IMG/VR virus record: IMGVR_UViG_3300020160_000328
Span: 33,778 to 97,777 of that record
DNA length: 64,000 bases
Source: a virus
Direction: 5' to 3' (one strand)
In this document: one piece after another, positions 56,594 through 64,000 of the stretch
Layout: each line of letters opens with the position of its first letter
Position numbering within the stretch: position 1 is the first letter of the stretch
Program-made: the position numbers and the translations under genes
Notes under the pieces: model-generated
Database searches by the model: none
Seen by the model: the letters and a program-made list of their open reading frames with translations, nothing else
Told to the model about the DNA's origin: nothing

Positions 56594-57390
56594 GAATATT
56601 AGTATGTGGTGATATCCACGGAGGATTTAAGTCCTTAATACAAGCTCTAGAAAGAGCAAATTTTGATAACTCTAAAGATAAGTTAATATTCCTTGGAGAT
56701 TATGTAGATGGTTGGAGTGAAACAGCAGAACTTATAGAGTTTCTAATAGGTTTACAAGAAGAAGCTAATGGAAGACATATCTTTATCAGAGGTAATCATG
56801 ATAAATGGTGTGAAGATTGGATAATAAAAGGATATTGTCCTGAAGGTTGGAAAGTTCAAGGTGGTCAAGCTACTATAGATTCTTATATAAGAACAGGTTA
56901 TTTAGTTTCAGATAAGCATAGAGACTTCTTTAAAAATCTAGTTAACTTTTATGTAGATGAAGAAAACAGAGGATTTGTGCATGGAGGATTTATATCTAAG
57001 AATGGATTAGGTTATGAGCACTATGAATCAGATTACTACTGGGATAGAGATTTATGGAACTTAGCTGTTATACAACATAATAATTTCCACCAAGCTTCTA
57101 AAGAAGTGTTATCTAAAGCTAGAAGATTTGAAAAACATAAAGAAGTTTATATAGGTCATACTACAACAGGAATCTGGTTATGTAAACCTCATTTACCTGA
57201 GTATGGAATGACACAACAAGAATCTAAAAATGGTAGAATTGTAGTTCCTATGCACAGATGTAATGTTTGGAATATGGATACAGGTGGAGGTTATGAAGGT
57301 AAAGTAACAATAATGGATATAGATACAAAAGAATTTTTCCAAAGTGATTTTGTAAATACTTTATATCCTAATGATAGAGGAAGAAACTAA
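56590..57390 (+). CDS. Calcineurin-like metallophosphoesterase
   Basis: GDIHG, GDYVD, GNHD, HGG, GHT. Confidence 0.9.
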   Translation: MRILVCGDIHGGFKSLIQALERANFDNSKDKLIFLGDYVDGWSETAELIEFLIGLQEEANGRHIFIRGNHDKWCEDWIIKGYCPEGWKVQGGQATIDSYIRTGYLVSDKHRDFFKNLVNFYVDEENRGFVHGGFISKNGLGYEHYESDYYWDRDLWNLAVIQHNNFHQASKEVLSKARRFEKHKEVYIGHTTTGIWLCKPHLPEYGMTQQESKNGRIVVPMHRCNVWNMDTGGGYEGKVTIMDIDTKEFFQSDFVNTLYPNDRGRN

Positions 57391-57522
57391 TGGAAAAGAT
57401 TTTAAGTAAGTTTATTGATCATTTACAAAAGTATGATAAGTTAGGTTTAAACTTATATTATCAAAAAGGTTATAGTAGATCTTATACACAAAAAGAAGTA
57501 ATAGAACATTTTATTAAAAAGA

Positions 57523-57861
57523 ATGAGATTAGTTAAAAGATTTTACAAAGAAGAAGATAATAGATGGTATATAGATTTACCTGAATGGACAGATCAAGGA
57601 TTACCTAAAGAAGCATTAGAAATGGTTTTAGGTGCAGATAATTTCCTTGATATATTATCTAATAATAGTACTGAAGTTACTGTTACTTTCTCTACAGAAC
57701 CTTTTGAAGGTTACTTATATGAGTTAGACAAAAAAGAAGAAGATGAGAATGGAGCTACTTATATAGTATTAAGTCCTCTTATCTATCCTTTAGAAATGTG
57801 GTTATGTCCTGTAACTACATTTATATTTGAAGAATATCCAAATAAATTTTATTTAAGATGA
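57523..57861 (+). CDS. Conserved hypothetical protein
   Basis: WYIDLPEW..LEMV.GAD..WLCPVT pattern. Confidence 0.6.
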   Translation: MRLVKRFYKEEDNRWYIDLPEWTDQGLPKEALEMVLGADNFLDILSNNSTEVTVTFSTEPFEGYLYELDKKEEDENGATYIVLSPLIYPLEMWLCPVTTFIFEEYPNKFYLR

Positions 57862-58913
57862 GACAAACAATATACAAAAAAGACAGTAAAGGTAAGTTAA
57901 GATATTTAACTATATCTACATCTCTAGATGAGATTACACAAGAATCAGGTATAGTAGAAGGTAATCCTGTAATTAATGTTAGTGTATGTGTAGGTAAAAA
58001 TATAGGTAAAACTAATGCTACCACAGCAGAAGAACAAGCTGTTATAGAAGCTCAAGCTAAAATTAAAAAGAAACTTGAAGAAGGTTATTACTTAACAAGT
58101 GCAGAAGCAATGGTTGAAACATTAATACAACCTATGTTAGCTAAAGATTTTAAAGAAGAATCTAAGAAAGTTATTTATCCTTGCTATGTACAACCTAAGT
58201 TAGATGGGATGAGATGTTTAAAAGAACAATCTGCATTAACATCAAGAGGAAATAAAGCTATTGAAACAATGGCACATATATCTTCTGAAGTAACTCATAT
58301 AGCTGACATTTTAGATGGAGAGTTATATGCTCATGGATTAAGTTTCCAAGAGAATATGAAACTTATTAAGAAGTATAGAAAAGGACAATCTGAACAAGTT
58401 AAATATCATGTATATGATATGATATTACCTCACCCTTTTATAGAAAGATATACTCTTTTAAGTGCAATAGTAAATAATTGTGATCATATAGAGCTAGTAC
58501 CTACATATAAAATTAATAACTTACAAGAACTTTTAAAATATCATGCTCAATTTATTGAACAAGGATATGAAGGTACTATGATAAGATGGGGTAGTGATGG
58601 TTATGAATCTAGTAAAAGAAGTTCACATTTATTAAAGTATAAAGATTTCTTAGATCAAACTTATACAATAGTAGATGTTATACCATCTGAAAGTAGACCT
58701 ACTCAAGGAGTTATACATTGTAAAGGTGTAGATAATTCTGGACATGGAATTACATTTGGATGTGGTATGAGATTTTCACATCAAGAAAGAGAAGAGTTAT
58801 TAACTAACAAATCTAAATATATTGGTAAGACAGCAGAGATTAGATTCTTTGAATTTACTGATGATGGTCTTCCTAGATTTCCAGTATGTGTAGGTATAAG
58901 ACTTGATAAGTAA
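57858..58913 (+). CDS. ATP-dependent DNA ligase
   Basis: PMLA, QPKLDGMR, LDGELY, GYEGTMIR, LLKYK, LPRFPV. Confidence 0.92.
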   Translation: MRQTIYKKDSKGKLRYLTISTSLDEITQESGIVEGNPVINVSVCVGKNIGKTNATTAEEQAVIEAQAKIKKKLEEGYYLTSAEAMVETLIQPMLAKDFKEESKKVIYPCYVQPKLDGMRCLKEQSALTSRGNKAIETMAHISSEVTHIADILDGELYAHGLSFQENMKLIKKYRKGQSEQVKYHVYDMILPHPFIERYTLLSAIVNNCDHIELVPTYKINNLQELLKYHAQFIEQGYEGTMIRWGSDGYESSKRSSHLLKYKDFLDQTYTIVDVIPSESRPTQGVIHCKGVDNSGHGITFGCGMRFSHQEREELLTNKSKYIGKTAEIRFFEFTDDGLPRFPVCVGIRLDK

Positions 58914-59194
58914 TGATAGCAGATGTATTTGGAAGAGAAATAGAAGTAGGTGATGTAGTAGTAAGAGCTAAGTTTTCTACTTTTAATAAACATAAAGTAG
59001 TAGGATTTACTAAAAGCTCTATTAAGTTATCTTGTAAGATGGTTAGTAGAACTAGGAGAGGATATTATACTAATGAAGTAATATCAACATATCATTACAG
59101 AGCAGACTCTAAAGTAGAAGATAACTTAGAAGAACATAACAACTACTTTTATTTTGATAAGAATTGGTCTAGATTAGGATTAATAAAAATATAA
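58913..59194 (+). CDS. Hypothetical protein
   Basis: D.FGREIEVGD.V phage motif. Confidence 0.55.
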   Translation: MIADVFGREIEVGDVVVRAKFSTFNKHKVVGFTKSSIKLSCKMVSRTRRGYYTNEVISTYHYRADSKVEDNLEEHNNYFYFDKNWSRLGLIKI

Positions 59195-59197
59195 ATT

Positions 59198-59494
59198 ATG
59201 AAACACTTATGTGGAAAAGCAACAAAGAAGCCAGTTGAAATAGATTGGTTTCTTTATCAAGGTTATTCAGTAACCAATTTAAAAGAATTAATGGCATGGG
59301 TACAAAGCTTTAAAGTAGATTTTCATACTGCATTTGAGTTTGGTCCAGGAGGTCATGGAGATTTAAGAGTTAAAACTCTTGAAGGAACTTCTTATACTGT
59401 ACCTGATAATTACATTATAATTAGAGGTGTACAAGGAGAGTTCTATCCTTGTGATCCAGAGATATTCAAACAAACTTATACAATTGTGCAATGA
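59198..59494 (+). CDS. PGDYG-like phage protein
   Basis: KKPVEI ... KTLEG ... IIRGVQGEFYPCDPEIF..TY. Confidence 0.7.
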   Translation: MKHLCGKATKKPVEIDWFLYQGYSVTNLKELMAWVQSFKVDFHTAFEFGPGGHGDLRVKTLEGTSYTVPDNYIIIRGVQGEFYPCDPEIFKQTYTIVQ

Positions 59495-60087
59495 GAATAA
59501 AGGATAAACAATTTAACAAAGATAAATTATTCTTTACATCAGATACACATTTCTTTCATGCTAACATAATTAAATACTGTAACAGACCATTTGCAAATAC
59601 TCATGAAATGAATGAGCTATTAGTTAAGAATTGGAATGCAGTTGTACCTAAAGATGGTGTGGTATTTCATTTAGGTGATGTATCATTAACAGCAATACCA
59701 AAAGTACTTAATGATTTATTACATAGATTAAATGGAACTAAATATCTTATCATAGGAAATCATGAGAAAGATGCTTTAGGGAAAGATTATATTAAGCAAC
59801 ATTGGGAAGGAATTTATGATGTAGCTGAAATCTTTGTAGAAGATGAAGAGATAACTTACAAAGAACAACATATAGTAATGTGTCATTATCCTATGATTTG
59901 CTGGAATGCTTCTCATAGAGGTTCATGGCAACTATTTGGACATGTTCATGGAGGATTAAGTAACAAAGGAGAAATTAAACATCCTGTTACAGCAATGGAT
60001 GTAGGAGTAGACTGTCATAATTATACACCTATATCTTATCAACAAGTTAAAGAACAAATAACAAAACAAGCTTTAAATAAAAAATAA
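59491..60087 (+). CDS. Metallophosphoesterase
   Basis: SDTHFFH, HLGD, GNHE, CHYP, GHVH. Confidence 0.9.
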   Translation: MRIKDKQFNKDKLFFTSDTHFFHANIIKYCNRPFANTHEMNELLVKNWNAVVPKDGVVFHLGDVSLTAIPKVLNDLLHRLNGTKYLIIGNHEKDALGKDYIKQHWEGIYDVAEIFVEDEEITYKEQHIVMCHYPMICWNASHRGSWQLFGHVHGGLSNKGEIKHPVTAMDVGVDCHNYTPISYQQVKEQITKQALNKK

Positions 60088-60521
60088 TGGCAAAGTTAAC
60101 AACAAGAGAATTAGAAGTAGTTACTAACTCTATTTATAAAAAAGTAGAAGATAGAAAAGAACAATTTAAAACTACTGAAGACTATAATGATATAGTAGAA
60201 CAAGTTAAAGTTCAATTAAAGTATTCTGAAATTCTACCTTTAGTACAAGAGTACAAAGCTATCAATGAAGAGATTAATGAATTAAACTCTAGAAAGAATG
60301 ATATAGGTTCTGAAATTAGAACTATTAGAGGTGGTATGGCAACTACTCCATATGATGAACAAGGTTTAAATAATATTGCTAACAATGCAATAACAAAAGA
60401 AATAGATAAATTATATCCAACTAAAAAGGATATAGAGTCTGATATTATTTTGTTATCTGTATCAGGAAGTAATGATATTATCAATTCAATTATAACTAAG
60501 TATAACTTAAATGATGAATAA
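60087..60521 (+). CDS. Hypothetical coiled-coil protein
   Basis: ORF track. Confidence 0.5.
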   Translation: MAKLTTRELEVVTNSIYKKVEDRKEQFKTTEDYNDIVEQVKVQLKYSEILPLVQEYKAINEEINELNSRKNDIGSEIRTIRGGMATTPYDEQGLNNIANNAITKEIDKLYPTKKDIESDIILLSVSGSNDIINSIITKYNLNDE

Positions 60522-60790
60522 TGACAACAAATGAATTTAATGAAAAATACAAGGAGTATTTAGAAGAAGGACATTATGGTCTTGATATTAGTACTCCTAG
60601 TATCATAAAGTATCTTGATGAAATGTTTCAAGGACTTATAAAAATACCTGGGTTTAAATACACTCAAATTAAAGAGAAGTTTAATACTAGTAGATTTTAT
60701 ACAAACTTACATGAATTAATAGGTAAACCAGGTTCAATTATTAACAATGAAGTTGAAAGAACTTTAAACATACTTTTAAAATATGAATAG
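60521..60790 (+). CDS. Hypothetical protein
   Basis: QIKEKF..RFY motif common in phages. Confidence 0.55.
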   Translation: MTTNEFNEKYKEYLEEGHYGLDISTPSIIKYLDEMFQGLIKIPGFKYTQIKEKFNTSRFYTNLHELIGKPGSIINNEVERTLNILLKYE

Positions 60791-62516
60791 TATATTACTC
60801 TGTGATGGATACAAGTTATCCCACCATCAACAATATCCTGAAGGGACTAGTTTAGTATTTTCTAATTTTACTCCTAGAAGTGATTCACATGCACCTGAAG
60901 GTGCTAAAGGAGGTGTTGTAGTATTTGGAACACAAATGATGTTACAAATGATTCATGAGCACTTTGCTGAGAACTTCTTTAAAACAGAAGAAAGATTTCT
61001 ATATTCAGATGAACCTAGAAGATTGCTAGCACTTAAAAAGAAAGTTTTAACTGATATTAAAACTGAATTAGATTTTTATTTAGGAGGTGATTATGATGTA
61101 ACTCATTTTGAGAAACTTTGGGATTTAGGTTATCTACCTATTGAAGTTAGAGCTTTAGGAGAAGGTACAATATGTCCTATTAGAGTTCCTATGTTAACTA
61201 TACATAATACTGATGAAGATTTCTATTGGTTACCAAACTTCTTAGAAACTATTATTAGTAATCTATTGTGGAAACCTATAACTTCAGCTACATTAGCTAG
61301 AGCTTATAAGTCTACACTATCTAATTGGGCATTCTTAACAGATATTGATAATTTAGAATTTGTAAACTGGCAAGGTCATGATTTCTCTATGAGAGGTTTA
61401 GATTCAGTAGATGCTACTATATCATCAGGTATGGGACATTTAACTTCATTTAGTGGTACAGATTCATTACCTGCTGTATATGGTACTAGAAAGTATTATG
61501 ATGCAGAAGGATTTGTAGCAGGTTCAGTTCCAGCTACAGAACATAGTGTAATGTGTGCAGGTTCTAAAGAAGATGAATTAGAAACATATAGAAGATTACT
61601 TAAAATCTATCCTACTGGTATTGTATCAGTAGTATCTGATACTTGGGATTTATGGAATGTAATTACTAACATCTTACCTCAACTTAAAGAAGAAATTCTT
61701 GCAAGAGATGGTAAATTAGTAATTAGACCTGATTCAGGAGACCCTGTTGATATTCTTTGTGGTACTATAGGTAATATCTTAGAAGTCGAAAGTTTAACAA
61801 CTGACCATTTATGTGATTCTGATTTTGAAGAGTTTGACTATTTTAAATGTAATGGAAAATTATATCAAGTTGATAAAAACTCTGTAGAAGAAAGATATGC
61901 TGATTATGGCAGAGAACAAACAACCTTATGGGAAGTTGGATATGATTATTTCCTATCTGAAATTGAATTAAATAATTCTTCTGAACAAAAAGGTGTTATT
62001 GAATTACTTTGGGATTTATTTGGAGGAACTGTAAATGAGCAAGGTTATAAAGTATTGGATTCTCACATTGGAGCAATTTATGGAGATTCTATAACATTAG
62101 AAAGAGCTAACAAAATATGTCAAAGACTTTCTTTAAAAGGATTTGCTAGTACTAATGTAGTACTTGGTATTGGTTCATTTACATATCAGTATAACACTAG
62201 AGATACATATGGTATGGCTATGAAAGCTACTTATGTAGAAATAGAAGAAAACTTCTATGCTTCACCTGAATCATTAGAACCAGGTATTAGAACTAAAGGT
62301 AGAGAAATCTTTAAAGACCCAGTAACTGATAATGGTATGAAAAAATCTGCTAAAGGTTTACTTAAAGTTATTGAAGAAAAAGGTAAATTTATACTTAAAG
62401 ATGGTATCACTTGGGATGAATTAGAAGCTGAAGATAATCTATTAAAGATTAGATATAAAGATGGTGAGTTCTTCAACACCACTACATTTGAAGAAATTAG
62501 AGAAAGATTGAAATGA
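60783..62516 (+). CDS. Nicotinamide phosphoribosyltransferase-like protein (NadV/Namat-like)
   Basis: DGYKLSH..QYP, HDFSMRG, PATEHSVM, VSDTWD, IRPDSGDP, IYGDSIT, KKSAKG. Confidence 0.92.
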   Translation: MNSILLCDGYKLSHHQQYPEGTSLVFSNFTPRSDSHAPEGAKGGVVVFGTQMMLQMIHEHFAENFFKTEERFLYSDEPRRLLALKKKVLTDIKTELDFYLGGDYDVTHFEKLWDLGYLPIEVRALGEGTICPIRVPMLTIHNTDEDFYWLPNFLETIISNLLWKPITSATLARAYKSTLSNWAFLTDIDNLEFVNWQGHDFSMRGLDSVDATISSGMGHLTSFSGTDSLPAVYGTRKYYDAEGFVAGSVPATEHSVMCAGSKEDELETYRRLLKIYPTGIVSVVSDTWDLWNVITNILPQLKEEILARDGKLVIRPDSGDPVDILCGTIGNILEVESLTTDHLCDSDFEEFDYFKCNGKLYQVDKNSVEERYADYGREQTTLWEVGYDYFLSEIELNNSSEQKGVIELLWDLFGGTVNEQGYKVLDSHIGAIYGDSITLERANKICQRLSLKGFASTNVVLGIGSFTYQYNTRDTYGMAMKATYVEIEENFYASPESLEPGIRTKGREIFKDPVTDNGMKKSAKGLLKVIEEKGKFILKDGITWDELEAEDNLLKIRYKDGEFFNTTTFEEIRERLK

Positions 62517-62974
62517 AGTATACAATATTAATGCAATTAGGTGATCCATCAAAAGATGGTCATAATAAACATGAAGATTTCTATTTTAAATCTAATAAGA
62601 GTAGACAACAAATAGGAGAAGCTTATAAAAAATGTTGTGAAAAAACAGGTTTAGTATTTACTTCTAATACAGATGTTATTGTAGATGGACAAAAATTAAA
62701 TTGGCAACATCCTGAGTATAAAGATAGAAGTATTTGTATAGACTATGAAGATTCAAAAGTATCTGACTTAGCTGTAAATATATTAAAATCTTTTGATATA
62801 GATGTAGATAAATATGTAGACACTAGTTATCAAAACGATATAGAAGCTGATAATTTAATTTGTTTGTTCTTAGATTTTATAAAAATTGAATTACCTGATT
62901 TTGAGTATGAGTTTACAAGTATAGATTCTGAAATACTAAATATAACAATTGGATATGGCTGCTATGGTAACTAA
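62513..62974 (+). CDS. Hypothetical protein
   Basis: GDPS.DGH motif. Confidence 0.55.
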   Translation: MKYTILMQLGDPSKDGHNKHEDFYFKSNKSRQQIGEAYKKCCEKTGLVFTSNTDVIVDGQKLNWQHPEYKDRSICIDYEDSKVSDLAVNILKSFDIDVDKYVDTSYQNDIEADNLICLFLDFIKIELPDFEYEFTSIDSEILNITIGYGCYGN

Positions 62975-63176
62975 ACAAATTACAGGTAAAGTAGTAAGTT
63001 ACTGTGAAATACCGCAAGAACTTACAGAAGGACATTGGATCTCAGAGTTTCAAAATGGTTGTTTTGTACAAGTACATTTAGAAGAAGGTGAAGATGATAA
63101 ATTAAGTAATTGGTTAAAGGAGACATATCCTGAACTAATTGATGAAGAAGCATTCTATATTGAGATAGACTATTAA
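62961..63176 (+). CDS. Hypothetical protein
   Basis: Last plus-strand ORF; start uncertain. Confidence 0.45.
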   Translation, partial: AMVTKQITGKVVSYCEIPQELTEGHWISEFQNGCFVQVHLEEGEDDKLSNWLKETYPELIDEEAFYIEIDY

Positions 63177-63179
63177 TAC

Positions 63180-63210
63180 AAAAAGGAAGCTTACGGGCTT
63201 CCTTTTCTCT
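63180..63210. terminator. Bidirectional terminator at the convergent junction
   Basis: aaaaggaagc-ttacgg-gcttcctttt. Confidence 0.8.
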
Positions 63211-63215
63211 TTATT

Positions 63216-64000
63216 TTACCTTCCTCTAAATTCCTCTGCCATTATCTTACTAATCTCAGAACCAGATAAACCTTCTTCTTTTAGTTTATCTTTAAAGTCT
63301 TGTCTACTTTCTCTAGTAGCTTTACCTTTCTTTTTAGGATCTTTTAATCTAACATCATTCTCTAGATCTTCTGCTGCTTCTGCATAAGATAATCCTTTGT
63401 ATTTTTTACCCATTTTTTCTTCAAGTTTTTTTCTTAAGATTAAATCTAATACTTTTTTATTGTTACCATACTTATCTATTAACTCATCTTTTAATTCTTC
63501 TTTCATTTCAGCTCTAAGTTTTTTATATTTCTTTTCTGCTGAATATTCACCATTTGTTGCATTATCTTTTAATACATCTGTAGTCCATTTTAATGGTTTA
63601 ACAAATCCATTACCAGGTAATTCAGAGTAATCTTTACTATCTTCCCAAGGAGCTTCTCCTCCAAAAGCTTTAGTTACCATTCTAGGTACAGGTGTTAGTT
63701 TAAAGAAATTGTCTGCAAATTTTTCAGGTTTAGGGTCATAAACTATCTGTTCTAAAAACTTTTCTAAATCTCCTAAGAAACTTATAGAAGCTATTTTAGA
63801 GTTATCTGATATTAAAGCTTTAGGATCACTATATGTGGCTAAAGAAGTAATACCTCTATTTAATTGGTTTTGTATAAAGTTATGTCTTTTTCTTCTTTCA
63901 GAATCTTTATCATCATCATCATTGTAAGTAAGACTTGCAATAGCAAATTTAATTGCTAGTAAGCTTAACATAATAGCTAACTCTCTTGTCATAGCTTGCA
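63216..64000 (-). CDS. 3' end of a large virion (cargo/injection-type) protein, truncated by the window edge
   Basis: Frame open to the window end; hydrophobic helix followed by DDDD, as in C-termini of giant crAss-like cargo proteins. Confidence 0.45.
   Translation of the reverse strand, partial: QAMTRELAIMLSLLAIKFAIASLTYNDDDDKDSERRKRHNFIQNQLNRGITSLATYSDPKALISDNSKIASISFLGDLEKFLEQIVYDPKPEKFADNFFKLTPVPRMVTKAFGGEAPWEDSKDYSELPGNGFVKPLKWTTDVLKDNATNGEYSAEKKYKKLRAEMKEELKDELIDKYGNNKKVLDLILRKKLEEKMGKKYKGLSYAEAAEDLENDVRLKDPKKKGKATRESRQDFKDKLKEEGLSGSEISKIMAEEFRGR

Noticed and set aside
604-63630. Antisense ORFs inside large genes (e.g. 7956-8303, 33662-34063, 50310-50672)
   Set aside because: Ser/Phe/Leu-rich shadows of the real coding strand
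1-64000. Stop-codon reassignment as in some crAss-like phages
   Set aside because: Core genes are full-length in the standard code, and TAG/TGA end genes normally (e.g. 18174, 52800, 51804)
1-64000. Prophage, retron or DGR elements
   Set aside because: No integrase, reverse transcriptase, host genes or template/variable repeat pair visible in this window

Overview
This 64-kb window is a piece of an AT-rich lytic Bacteroidota (probably Flavobacteriia) phage with crAss-like (Crassvirales-type) organisation, read in the standard genetic code. The minus-strand late module (1-16.8 kb) holds tail/ring genes, major capsid protein, scaffold, portal, large terminase, endolysin and an Acb2/Tad1-like gene, with host-type TAnnTTTG promoters. 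After a strand switch near 17 kb come plus-strand early genes, including an AAA+ ATPase with a partner and a Ro60/TROVE protein. A non-coding island of about 6 kb (27.2-33.1 kb) carries a tmRNA, about 21 tRNA or tRNA-like genes and many other structured RNAs. The replication/metabolism block follows: PolA, helicases, primase, UDG, class II RNR, RNA and DNA ligases, and a Prs-like plus NAMPT-like pair. The window ends in the 3' end of a large minus-strand gene. Main results: (1) six copies of a covarying ncRNA scaffold (P1 / TRGTWA-AWTTTCY internal loop / P2 / TTACTTC) lie downstream of the Ro60 gene, each with a different cargo (acceptor-less tRNA-Leu or tRNA-Lys mimic, permuted YrlA-type tRNA mimic, multi-hairpin insert, or nearly nothing), suggesting a modular Ro60/Y-RNA system; (2) a 254-aa gene is followed by an AG-repeat tract and a second permuted tRNA; (3) there is a putative complete Ubl-E2-JAB-E1 ubiquitin-like cassette. 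All calls come from reading motifs by eye; no searches or folding programs were run.
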